DNA from: an uncultured Rhodothermales bacterium
GTDB taxonomy: Bacteria; Bacteroidota; Rhodothermia; Rhodothermales; VXPQ01
Reading direction: 5' to 3'
Length of the DNA: 61,119 nt
Assembly: GCA_964570345.1 (NCBI GenBank)
Contig: CAZMXY010000001.1
Coordinates: 5,637 to 66,755 of the forward strand
Shown here one piece after another: positions 1 to 8,923 of the stretch. Each line of letters starts with the position of its first letter. The first letter of the stretch is position 1. Below the pieces are notes generated by a model, which made no database searches, was not told the origin of the DNA, and saw nothing but the letters and a program-made list of their open reading frames with translations. The translations under genes were made by a program, and so were the position numbers.

Positions 1-1631
1 GCCAGATAGTAGTCGTAGGGGCCGCGCGTCACCAGGGGGGTGCGATGGAAGTTGTGCGGATCCGGCCTTGGGCCCGTGTGCGTCCACTCAAGCGTCGCCG
101 CCCCCCAGGGATTGGCCGAGGCCTTCTTGCCCTTGAAGAGCGACCAGATCAAATACACGGCTACCATGAAGAGCCCAATGCCCAATAACCACGACCCGTA
201 CGTCGAGAGTTGATGCCAGATCGTGTACTCCGGTTGGTAGTCGTAGTAGCGGCGCGGCATTCCCTTCGCTCCCATGATGAGCTGGGGGAAAAAGGTCAAA
301 TTGAATCCGAGAAAGACGAGCACGGCCGCAATGCGACCCGACTTCTCGCTGTACAACCGGCCCGTGATTTTGGGCCACCAGTAGTGCAGAGCGCCGAGCG
401 CGGCGATCACCGTGCCGCCCATCATCACGTAATGGAAGTGCCCGACTACGTAGTACGTGTCGTGCAGGTGGATGTCGACGGCGAGTACGCCCACCATGAT
501 GCCCGTGACGCCGCCGATGGTGAAAAGGAAAAGAAACGACAGCGCATACAACATCGGCGTCTTTAACCACACCGATCCCTTGTACATCGTCGCCACCCAG
601 TTAAACACCTTGATTCCTGACGGAATTCCGATCAGGTACGTGATCAACGAGAACATGACAGACGAAATCGCCGACTGTCCGGACACGAACATGTGATGGC
701 CCCAGACGAGAAATCCGAGCATTGCGATGGCGACGGACGACAGCGCGATCGCGGTGTAGCCGTAAATCCGCTGCCGGGAAAACGTCGCGATCAACTCCGA
801 TATGACACCGAAGGCCGGCAGAATCATGATGTAGACGGCCGGATGCGAGTAGAACCAGAAGAAGTGCTGAAACAGGATCGGATCGCCCCCGAGCGCCGGA
901 TCGAAAATGCCGATCTGCAGGACGACCTCGAGAAAGAGGAGAAGGACGGTTATGCCCAGAACGGGCGTGGCCAGCACCTGAACGATGCTCGTCGCGTACA
1001 GGCTCCAGACGAAAAGTGGAAGCCGGTTCCAGGTCAGGCCGGGCGCCCGCATCTTGTGGATCGTCACGATGAAATTGATGCCCGTGAAGATCGACGCGAA
1101 CCCCGCGATAAAGACGGCCATCGTAAGAAAGAGAACGGAATTGCCGACCGTCTTCGAGTACGGCGTGTAAAACGTCCAACCGGTGTCGACGTTGCCGGCC
1201 AGCATGGCGATCAGGATGAGAACGGCGCCGGTAAGGTAGAGGTAATAGCTCGCGAGGTTGAGACGGGGGAAGGCGACGTCCTTGGCACCCAGATGGATTG
1301 GCAGAATGAAGTTGCCGAAGAACGCCGGGATCGACGGCACCAGGAACCCGAATACCATCACGATGCCGTGCAGCGAAAACAGCTGATTGTACGTGTCGGC
1401 CGTCATGACGGTCTCGCCGGGTGTCAGCAGCTCGAGCCGAACCAAGAGGGCGAAGATACCGCCCAGGAGAAACGTGACGGCGAGCGTGATGCCGTACAGG
1501 ATGCCGATCCGCTTGTGATCGACGGATGAGAGCCACGACCAGAGCCCTTTCTCGTGCGTGATGTAATCGCCGTGATCGTGATGTCCGCCGTGGGTCGCCG
1601 CCGCGGCATGCGTCGTCTGCTCGTCCGCCAT
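1..1631 (-). CDS. ctaD: cytochrome c oxidase subunit I (heme-copper oxidase catalytic subunit). The 5' end is complete and the 3' end runs off the window start.
   Basis: Not in the supplied ORF track because it is open at the window edge. My translation from the ATG at 1631..1629 gives [58 protein letters not shown]... The in-frame canonical motif [25 protein letters not shown] lies around 795-869. The frame stays open down to nt 3 (...[20 protein letters not shown]). Track ORFs 88..570(-), 601..1674(-) and 693..1529(+) are off-frame shadows. Confidence 0.9.
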   Translation of the reverse strand, partial: MADEQTTHAAAATHGGHHDHGDYITHEKGLWSWLSSVDHKRIGILYGITLAVTFLLGGIFALLVRLELLTPGETVMTADTYNQLFSLHGIVMVFGFLVPSIPAFFGNFILPIHLGAKDVAFPRLNLASYYLYLTGAVLILIAMLAGNVDTGWTFYTPYSKTVGNSVLFLTMAVFIAGFASIFTGINFIVTIHKMRAPGLTWNRLPLFVWSLYATSIVQVLATPVLGITVLLLFLEVVLQIGIFDPALGGDPILFQHFFWFYSHPAVYIMILPAFGVISELIATFSRQRIYGYTAIALSSVAIAMLGFLVWGHHMFVSGQSAISSVMFSLITYLIGIPSGIKVFNWVATMYKGSVWLKTPMLYALSFLFLFTIGGVTGIMVGVLAVDIHLHDTYYVVGHFHYVMMGGTVIAALGALHYWWPKITGRLYSEKSGRIAAVLVFLGFNLTFFPQLIMGAKGMPRRYYDYQPEYTIWHQLSTYGSWLLGIGLFMVAVYLIWSLFKGKKASANPWGAATLEWTHTGPRPDPHNFHRTPLVTRGPYDYYL

Positions 1632-1688
1632 GATCTATGTGTTCGATGTTTGCCGAAATGCCGTGCTGGCGCACGGGAGGCCGGCCAA

Positions 1689-2636
1689 TTATTGCTGAGA
1701 CGACTGCTGCTTGATGAATTCGATGAGGGCGTTGACCTGGCGCTCATTCAGGTTCCCGTACGCCGCAGGCATTACGTTCTGATAGCCCGCTACGATTTTC
1801 GCGCCCGGATCCAGGATGGACTCTCGCAAATAATCGTCATCCACCTCCACCGTACTGCCGTCGGCGAGCTGTTCCGTCGTACCGAAAAGTCCTTGCAGCG
1901 ACGGCCCGATGCCGGGAGTGCCGTCCAGGCTGTGGCACTGGTGGCACATCTGCTGCTCAAAAAGCAGTGCGCCGTACTCAGGCAGCGGCATGTCTTCGTC
2001 GACGCCGGCGCTTTCGAGCCAGGCGTTGAAGTCGCTTTGCGACTCGACGACGACGGTCGACAGCATGGCCGAATGGGCGTTCCCGCAATATTCGCTGCAG
2101 TACACGGTGAACTCACCTCGTTTCGTCGCCTCGAACCAGACCGAGGTGTAGCGATCCGGCAAAACGTCCTGCTTTACGCGAAAGACCGGTACGAAAAGGC
2201 TGTGGAGGACGTCCGTACTGCTCATGAGAAGCCGCACCGGCCGGTTTTCGGGGACGTGGAACTCGCCCGTGGAAATCGTGCCGTTTGGATATTCGAAATC
2301 CCACTTCCACTGCGACGCGGTGACCCGAATCTCGTAGGATTCGGGGGGTGCGATGCCCTGCTTCACGAAAAGCTTGAATCCCCAATTGAAGACGATGAGC
2401 ACGAGAATCGTCGGAACGACGATCCAGGAGATTTCAATGAACTTGCTGGGCTCGACCGGGGCCGGGACGTCACCGGCGCCTCGGCGTCGATACCGGATGA
2501 CCAGATAAACCATGGCTCCGACGACACCGAAGAAGAGGATCGCGCTCGCCCAGGTGACGAAATAAAACAGGCTGTCCACCTCGGCCGCCATGCTTGACGC
2601 GCCTTCGGGCAGCCACAGGGTTCCTCTGTCGTTCAT
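1689..2636 (-). CDS. ctaC: cytochrome c oxidase subunit II with a fused C-terminal c-type cytochrome domain (caa3-type)
   Basis: 315-aa ORF with N-terminal TM helices. Carries the CuA motif CSEYCGNAHSAM and a C-terminal heme-c motif CHQCH. Ends 57 nt upstream of the subunit I start. Confidence 0.92.
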   Translation of the reverse strand: MNDRGTLWLPEGASSMAAEVDSLFYFVTWASAILFFGVVGAMVYLVIRYRRRGAGDVPAPVEPSKFIEISWIVVPTILVLIVFNWGFKLFVKQGIAPPESYEIRVTASQWKWDFEYPNGTISTGEFHVPENRPVRLLMSSTDVLHSLFVPVFRVKQDVLPDRYTSVWFEATKRGEFTVYCSEYCGNAHSAMLSTVVVESQSDFNAWLESAGVDEDMPLPEYGALLFEQQMCHQCHSLDGTPGIGPSLQGLFGTTEQLADGSTVEVDDDYLRESILDPGAKIVAGYQNVMPAAYGNLNERQVNALIEFIKQQSSQQ

Positions 2637-2711
2637 GTCGTCGTTTCGTTCAAATTATGCGCGTCGCCGCGCGTGATCGAATCGCGCTTCGTCGACGTCT
2701 TATCCGATCAG

Positions 2712-3671
2712 TCAGGCCGACGCCGCTCGGCGGGACCGTATCGATTCTATCCTCCAGTACGCCGCCAGAATCGAAAAAAGCACGATCATAGTGAGCAGGC
2801 CGCCTAACTTCATCAAATTCATGGCATGCGGGACGTACGAGTTCTTGGCGGAGTCGTACTGAAAACAGTACAGGATCACCTGATCCAGGGTCGACCCAAC
2901 GTGGCCCTCGGAGGCTTCCACGAGCGCAGATCGGACGTCCCCGGGATCGTACTCAACGCCGTAAAGATACCGCGACACTTTGCCCTCGCCGCTCAGAAAC
3001 GTCAAGACGGTGGGATGGGCGAAATCCTGTTGGTCTTCCACCCACTCGTAGCGGAAGCCGACGGCGTCGGTCAACACGGCGATCGCATCTCGGGTGCCGG
3101 TTAAAAAATGCCAGCCTTCGGCAGCATCCGATTTGCCCAGCCTGTGCAGCGCGCGACGCTTGGCCTCCGCTGCCGCGGCCGGGCCTTCGGCGGCACTGAA
3201 GCTTATGGTCAGGACTTCAAACTCTCGTCCCGGTATCCACGTCATTCGGGCCATCGCCCGTATCAGTCCGTCGACCACCAGGTTGCAGAGCATCGGACAG
3301 TCGTGGTACACGAAATTCAGCAATACGGGACGCTTCCCGTCGAAAAAACGTCCCAGCCGCACGTCCCTACCCGTCTCATCTCGAAAAATGACGTCGGCAG
3401 GGACCGATTCCCCTAACTTTTCGTCAAGTCCGACACGCTGAAGTTCTTCCGGCGTCTGCCCGGTGCGCTGCGCGTGAACGTCTGCGCATCGTAACACCGC
3501 CGACACGAGGACGACGAAACAGAGTACGGCACGAACGAGGTGCGTGACGGCTCGCGCCGGATCGACGACACTCCGTTCGACGGCATGCTCGACCACATGC
3601 ATCGGATGGTCGTATCGTCGAGCGCACGCCGTCCCTGGGAACCGGTACTCTCTTCGGCTGACGCGCTTCAT
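2712..3671 (-). CDS. SCO1/SenC family copper chaperone (thioredoxin fold)
   Basis: 319-aa ORF with a TM anchor (AVLCFVVLVSAVL) and the SCO motif VLLNFVYHDCPMLC (CxxxC). Sits between the ACIII and oxidase genes. The start is uncertain; an alternative ATG is at 3602. Confidence 0.8.
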   Translation of the reverse strand: MKRVSRREYRFPGTACARRYDHPMHVVEHAVERSVVDPARAVTHLVRAVLCFVVLVSAVLRCADVHAQRTGQTPEELQRVGLDEKLGESVPADVIFRDETGRDVRLGRFFDGKRPVLLNFVYHDCPMLCNLVVDGLIRAMARMTWIPGREFEVLTISFSAAEGPAAAAEAKRRALHRLGKSDAAEGWHFLTGTRDAIAVLTDAVGFRYEWVEDQQDFAHPTVLTFLSGEGKVSRYLYGVEYDPGDVRSALVEASEGHVGSTLDQVILYCFQYDSAKNSYVPHAMNLMKLGGLLTMIVLFSILAAYWRIESIRSRRAASA

Positions 3672-3708
3672 GCTCCTTCTACTCAGGGCCCTTGGTCGGC
3701 GGCGACTT

Positions 3709-4515
3709 CTAATCTAGGGGCAGCAAGGGGAGTTCCGTCGAATAGGTCTCACCATCTTGATCCCGATAGGCCTCGTTCGCCATCAGGTCCATCGCGCGCT
3801 CTATCGGAATCCGATATCGATCGGGCCGGCCCGCCACCACGGCATATTCAGAAAGCTTCCGCCTGGTCTCGAACCGATTCTCGCGAAGCTCGGGATACCC
3901 GCTGATGCCCACGGCGGCGTTGCGCGTGTTCTGGGCCGTAATGTTGAAGTATTGAAACAGGGCGACAATCGAAAGGGCGATAGCGGCCGCGATCGCGAGC
4001 GTCAATCCGAGAATTTGACTGGCTTCTACCCCTTCGTGCTCGACCCCGAGAGCTTCTTCTTCCTCTTCGTACTTTTCGTCGCCGGTTACCTCCGCTGCCG
4101 CCTCTGCGGCCGCTCCCTTCACGAGACGCTCAGCCGGGCCGAATTCTTCCTCCTGATCGGGCGACTCGATATGACTCGCGTGGTCGGTGGCGGTGCCGCT
4201 GATAAAACTCTCGACGTTGTCTTCGCCGTGCAGCGTCCCATCCTCACCCCGGGCCAGTGCGCGCCAGAAATACGTTCTCTCGTCCGATGGGAAGACGTCT
4301 CTTACTTCCAGTCGCGTCTCCCCGCCGGTCGCCTTGTCGAGGATGGTCTCGTCGAAAGACGCGTCGAGAGCGACTTGTACGCGATAATCCCGTGCCCCTT
4401 CGGCCGGGTTCCACGAGAACGTAACGTGCGACCCGTCAACGACCGCCTCTTCGCGTGGCTCGATCAGCACCGGCACGAGGGACCGCTCCGTTGACTCGTT
4501 CTTTTTCTTTGACAT
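3709..4515 (-). CDS. hypothetical single-pass membrane protein embedded in the ACIII/oxidase cluster
   Basis: The track ORF is 3709..4572; I prefer the internal ATG at 4515 (MSKKKNESTERS...). The N-terminal roughly 100 aa carries a beta-sandwich-like signature (VTFSWNPAEGARDYRVQVALDASF). An acidic linker (EKYEEEEEALGVEHEG) and one TM helix (ILGLTLAIAAAIALSIVALFQYF) follow, then a roughly 75-aa C-terminal region. I recognise no family. Confidence 0.55.
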   Translation of the reverse strand: MSKKKNESTERSLVPVLIEPREEAVVDGSHVTFSWNPAEGARDYRVQVALDASFDETILDKATGGETRLEVRDVFPSDERTYFWRALARGEDGTLHGEDNVESFISGTATDHASHIESPDQEEEFGPAERLVKGAAAEAAAEVTGDEKYEEEEEALGVEHEGVEASQILGLTLAIAAAIALSIVALFQYFNITAQNTRNAAVGISGYPELRENRFETRRKLSEYAVVAGRPDRYRIPIERAMDLMANEAYRDQDGETYSTELPLLPLD

Positions 4516-4678
4516 AGGGGGGCCTGAATCATGCACCTGTTTTACGAACGCCGGACCGGTCCATCGGATCAAAGCCTGGAGTGAAACCGGAATGAATATG
4601 CCGTTCGGCTTCGTGACCGGACGACACGGCCGTCGAATTCGTCGTCAGGTCGCGGTGCGCATACCGATCGCCGCCGTT

Positions 4679-5926
4679 TCAGGTGTTTTCGAAGCGGAGC
4701 GATTTTCGCAGATACGGCGAATTAGCCGGCACTACACTGTGCCGCCCCAACCTGTACGTACAGCCCGCGATGAAGACACCTGCGAGACCGATCCAACACG
4801 TGAGATCGAGGAACCGAATGCCCGGGTCTTCGGGATGAAGTACGGGCATCGCGAGCCATCGCATGTCGAACCACTGCATTACTAGCAGCCAGACGGCCAA
4901 GACGACCATCAGCGGCTTGCTTCGCTTTACGGCTCGCGGCAGCAAAATGATGAACGGAATGATGAAATGGCAAATCAGCAGGATGGCGCTGTGTACCTCC
5001 CAACCATGTTCGAGTCGATGCCGGTACCAGATCGTCTCCTCCGGAATGTTTCCATACCAGATCAGCATATACTGGCTGAATGCGATGTAAGCCCAGAAGA
5101 CCACGAAGCCGAACATGTACTTTCCGAGATCCTGATAGTGCTCGGCCGTGATCACGGCGTGGAGTGGCCTCGAGATCTTTTGCAGCGTGATCGCGAGGAG
5201 GGCGATGAAAGCATGAATGGACATGAATGCTCCCGCGAAAATATAGACGCCGAAAATCGTAGAGAACCAGTGCGGATCGAGCGACATCAGCAGGTCGTAA
5301 CTCGCGAATGCCGTCGTGACGGCGACCAACACCAATCCCCACGCACTGACTCGGCGCTGTCGTGCCGGAATTCCCGGGTCAGGACGATGATCCTGCTCCA
5401 GTGAGAGCCGATACAGCTTGTAGCCCACGACACTCCAGGCGAGAAAGTAGAGGGCAAGCCGGATCAGGTAGAAGGGGACGTTGAGGTACGCCTTCTTGCC
5501 GGCGAGTACCGGATCGTTCGCGACGACGTCCTCGTGCGTCCAGTGGTAGAGATCATGCATCCCGAATAGAATCGGAATGCTGAGCACGGCGAGAAGCGGG
5601 AAGCTCCAGAGGAGCGATTCGGAGAGACGAAGCACGACTACGCTCCAGCGCGCTTTCGTCAGGTGCTGGATGAGCACGAAAAACAGGGCACCCAGGGCCA
5701 AGGTGAGGCAGAAGACCCAGCCTACGAGGTAGGAAAAGTAGAACTGGTGCGCATCGGTAGCCCATCCGACGAAACTGATTACCAGTCCGACGCCCCCGAC
5801 GAGCAGGGGAACACCCCAAATGCGCCAGTCTCGAAGCGGTCGATACGCTTCCGGCACGCCGTCGGCGGTCGCGCGAAACGGGTCCAGAAGTCGTCGTCCG
5901 ACGCTGCTTTTTTCTAAGGTCGCCAT
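4679..5926 (-). CDS. actF: Alternative Complex III subunit ActF (NrfD-like polytopic membrane subunit)
   Basis: 415-aa strongly hydrophobic multi-TM ORF. It starts immediately after the actE stop (5927). Its position and NrfD/PsrC-like character match ActF of act operons. Confidence 0.8.
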   Translation of the reverse strand: MATLEKSSVGRRLLDPFRATADGVPEAYRPLRDWRIWGVPLLVGGVGLVISFVGWATDAHQFYFSYLVGWVFCLTLALGALFFVLIQHLTKARWSVVVLRLSESLLWSFPLLAVLSIPILFGMHDLYHWTHEDVVANDPVLAGKKAYLNVPFYLIRLALYFLAWSVVGYKLYRLSLEQDHRPDPGIPARQRRVSAWGLVLVAVTTAFASYDLLMSLDPHWFSTIFGVYIFAGAFMSIHAFIALLAITLQKISRPLHAVITAEHYQDLGKYMFGFVVFWAYIAFSQYMLIWYGNIPEETIWYRHRLEHGWEVHSAILLICHFIIPFIILLPRAVKRSKPLMVVLAVWLLVMQWFDMRWLAMPVLHPEDPGIRFLDLTCWIGLAGVFIAGCTYRLGRHSVVPANSPYLRKSLRFENT

Positions 5927-6655
5927 CTATTCGTTCCCCTCGGTTGCCGTAGTGTCGGCGCCGTCCTCCGAGCTCGCTCCGGTGTTCGAATCCGGCTGTT
6001 CGTCGACGCCCTCCGCGGCGTCCACCTCGTCAGTTGACGCCGGCGCCGTAGAACGCACGTCCGCTCGAATACCGGGCGGGACGTCCTCCGGACTGGCGTA
6101 CTGGCTCCTCTGCAGGGCGCGGACGTAGGCTACGATGGCCCATCGATCGGCCGGTGATACCTGGTGGCGATAAGACGGCATCGTTCGCACTCCATTCGCG
6201 ATCGTATCGTAGAGATAGCCGTCTGCCACCTCTCGAAGACGATCGCTGTGGTACGTCGGTGCGGGCGTATATCCGTAGCCACCGGTCGTAATGAGACCCT
6301 CGCCGTCGCCCACGCCTCCGTGGCACGGTGCGCAAAAAATGTCGTAGCGACTCTGTCCGCGAGACAGAAGCTCGCGTGTCGTCGGCAAGGGAAGGCGATC
6401 GACGAAGGCGCCGGCTTGAGTCCGACCTTCATAAAAAACGACGTCGTCTCTCAACATGCCCCGCGCGATCGTGCCGGGGACGGGCATCCGCATGGAGCGA
6501 TTGTCTTCGAAGAAGGGATTGGCCTCCTGCGGATCGAAGCGCTCCTGAAAATCCATATTAAGATTCGGATGGATGGGCGGCTTGTCGGATTCCATTCCAC
6601 GGCACGAAGCCAGGATGAATGCCGTCAGCAATATGAATGTTGTCGCTTTGTTCAT
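5927..6655 (-). CDS. actE: Alternative Complex III subunit ActE (monoheme cytochrome c lipoprotein)
   Basis: 242 aa with a lipoprotein signal and lipobox (MNKATTFILLTAFILASC). Has a single CxxCH motif (CAPCHGG). Carries an unusual acidic/Ser/Thr-rich C-terminal tail. Confidence 0.85.
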   Translation of the reverse strand: MNKATTFILLTAFILASCRGMESDKPPIHPNLNMDFQERFDPQEANPFFEDNRSMRMPVPGTIARGMLRDDVVFYEGRTQAGAFVDRLPLPTTRELLSRGQSRYDIFCAPCHGGVGDGEGLITTGGYGYTPAPTYHSDRLREVADGYLYDTIANGVRTMPSYRHQVSPADRWAIVAYVRALQRSQYASPEDVPPGIRADVRSTAPASTDEVDAAEGVDEQPDSNTGASSEDGADTTATEGNE

Positions 6656-6709
6656 TGTAAAGCGTACGGGATTCCAGGTGACCGGCGTCGGCGCACGACG
6701 AGTCTGTCG

Positions 6710-7303
6710 TTAGTGGTCAGGTTCGGGTTCGGTTATGATTTCGAGATTGAAGCCACCCAGGTCTTCGAGCAACTTCGCCACGTCGTCCTCGAGAAACATA
6801 CGGTCGCTCGCCGCGACGTGCAGGAAGAAGGCATCGTCCGTCGCCCGTTCGAAGTTGTGTGAGTAGAAGAGTGGGTTGTGCGGTCGTGGAAGGCCGTTCA
6901 GTGCCAGCATGCCGATCACGGCGCCGAAGGCCGCGAACAGCACGGTCAGCTCGAAAATGATCGGAATCGACGGCTCGACGGCGAAGAACGGCTTGCCGCT
7001 GATGTTTAGCGGGTAGTCGACTTCGGCCGTCCACCATTGAAGCCAATACGCGAGGGCGAAGCCGGTTATTCCGCCGCAGAGCGTGAAGAACCCGACCTTC
7101 GAATTGCCCATCCCCATAGCCCGGTCCATCCCATGGATGGGAAAAGGCGAGTGGGTGTCAAAGTGTCGATATCCGGCCTTCCGAACCTGCTCCGCCGCGT
7201 GGACGAGCGCTCCCGGATCGGCGAATTCGGCGATGATCCCGTAAACGGGCTCACTCGCGTAGATCCCCATCGACGCCTTGATCTCATCGATTAACTGTTT
7301 CAT
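6710..7303 (-). CDS. actD: Alternative Complex III subunit ActD (DUF3341-like)
   Basis: 197 aa with a soluble N-terminal domain and two TM helices (FFTLCGGITGFALAYWLQWW; IIFELTVLFAAFGAVIGMLAL). Its position between actC and actE is conserved. Confidence 0.8.
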   Translation of the reverse strand: MKQLIDEIKASMGIYASEPVYGIIAEFADPGALVHAAEQVRKAGYRHFDTHSPFPIHGMDRAMGMGNSKVGFFTLCGGITGFALAYWLQWWTAEVDYPLNISGKPFFAVEPSIPIIFELTVLFAAFGAVIGMLALNGLPRPHNPLFYSHNFERATDDAFFLHVAASDRMFLEDDVAKLLEDLGGFNLEIITEPEPDH

Positions 7304-7354
7304 GGCGCGAAATCGTTCAAATCAGGCCGGTGCTCAACGTCTCTTCGATAGGTC

Positions 7355-8806
7355 CTAATCCGTGTCTTCCGACGGCTGCACGTACGGTACGTCATATTCA
7401 TGCTCGTGGTCACTGTGGTAGTGCGGATCCGCCTCCGGCACCACTCCTTTGACCTCGGCGATCGCGACCATAGGCACGAATCGTAAGAACAGCAGGAACA
7501 GCGTCAGGAATAGTCCGAAAGACCCGACGAGGGTTAGAACGTCGACCCACGTCGGCGTAAAATATCCCCAGCTCGAAGGCAGATAGTCGCGATGGAGCGA
7601 CGTGACCGTGATCACGAATCGCTCGAACCACATCCCGATGTTCACGAAAATCGAGATGACGAACATAAGCGGTACGTTTCTGCGGAGACGCTTGAACCAG
7701 AAAACCTGGGGGGCGATGAGGTTACAGGACATCATAATCCAGTACGCCCATGCGTAGGGTCCCGTAGCACGGTTGATAAAGGCGTATTGCTCATATTCGA
7801 CTTGAGAATACCACGCCATGAAGAATTCGGTGACGTACGCGAATCCAACCATCGTTCCCGTGAGGAGAATCACGATGTTCATCTTCTCCAGGTGATTCAG
7901 CGTGATCAGGTCCTCTATGCCGTAGACCTTTCTCGCGATGACGAGCAGCGTGACGACCATCGCGAACCCGGAGAAGATCGCGCCGGCGACGAAGTAAGGC
8001 GGGAAGATCGTCGTGTGCCATCCGGGCACGACCGATACGGCGAAGTCGAAGGACACGACCGAGTGCACCGAGAGCACGAGGGGCGTGGCGAGGCCGGCGA
8101 GAAGGAGATACGATTTTTCATAGTTGCGCCAGTGCCGGTTCGCGCCTGTCCAACCGAGGGCGAAGAAGCCGAGCACGCGTCGGCGCCATAGTGACCTGGC
8201 CCGGTCGCGAAGCGTAGCGAGGTCCGGGACGAGCCCTACGTACCAGAAGAGAAGTGAGACGATGAAATAACTCGAGACCGCGAACACGTCCCACAATAAC
8301 GGGCTCTTGAACTGCGGCCACATCTCCATCTGGTTGGGTATCGGCAGGGTCCAGTAGATGACCCAGATCCGTCCCACGTGGATCGTTGGGAACAGCAGCG
8401 CACAGATGACGGCGAACAGCGTCATGGCCTCCGCCGCCCGGTTGATCGAGGTACGCCAGCGTTGTCTAAAGAGAAAGAGTATGGCGGAAATCAGCGTCCC
8501 CGCGTGGCCGATACCGACCCAGAATACGAAGTCGACGATAGGCCAGCCCCACCCCACGGGCACGTTATTGCCCCACACGCCGACGCCGTTCCATACCTGA
8601 TAGGCAATCATGACGAGAAGATTGAGCAGCATCAGGTTGGCGATGCCGAACGCGACGTACCACACCATCGGCGGCTTCTTCTCGGCATGCCGAGCCACGA
8701 GCTCCGTAATCTCATGGAAGCTGAGATTACCCGTTATCAGCGGCGGATCGGTAAAATGGCCGTCGCCGGCATGACGGGGGGCTATTTCGCTTTTTGTGTC
8801 AGCCAC
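7355..8806 (-). CDS. actC: Alternative Complex III subunit ActC (NrfD/PsrC-type quinol-interacting membrane subunit)
   Basis: 483-aa polytopic membrane protein of NrfD/polysulfide-reductase type, directly downstream of actB. Confidence 0.88.
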   Translation of the reverse strand: MADTKSEIAPRHAGDGHFTDPPLITGNLSFHEITELVARHAEKKPPMVWYVAFGIANLMLLNLLVMIAYQVWNGVGVWGNNVPVGWGWPIVDFVFWVGIGHAGTLISAILFLFRQRWRTSINRAAEAMTLFAVICALLFPTIHVGRIWVIYWTLPIPNQMEMWPQFKSPLLWDVFAVSSYFIVSLLFWYVGLVPDLATLRDRARSLWRRRVLGFFALGWTGANRHWRNYEKSYLLLAGLATPLVLSVHSVVSFDFAVSVVPGWHTTIFPPYFVAGAIFSGFAMVVTLLVIARKVYGIEDLITLNHLEKMNIVILLTGTMVGFAYVTEFFMAWYSQVEYEQYAFINRATGPYAWAYWIMMSCNLIAPQVFWFKRLRRNVPLMFVISIFVNIGMWFERFVITVTSLHRDYLPSSWGYFTPTWVDVLTLVGSFGLFLTLFLLFLRFVPMVAIAEVKGVVPEADPHYHSDHEHEYDVPYVQPSEDTD

Positions 8807-8923
8807 TTGTCGTCTGGAGTGTCATGGTAGTTCCTCCCGCCGCAGTCGATGGTTGGAGATCGGATCGCAAGGTCTCGCGTCTACGTCTCGTCGTCCAGGA
8901 CGAACCCTCATCTCGTCGAGAGA

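Noticed and set aside
88-1674. Track ORFs 88..570(-), 601..1674(-), 693..1529(+) and neighbours at the left edge
   Set aside because: All are off-frame relative to the true cytochrome oxidase subunit I reading frame (ATG at 1631, open to the window edge). The track omits that frame because it has no stop codon inside the window.
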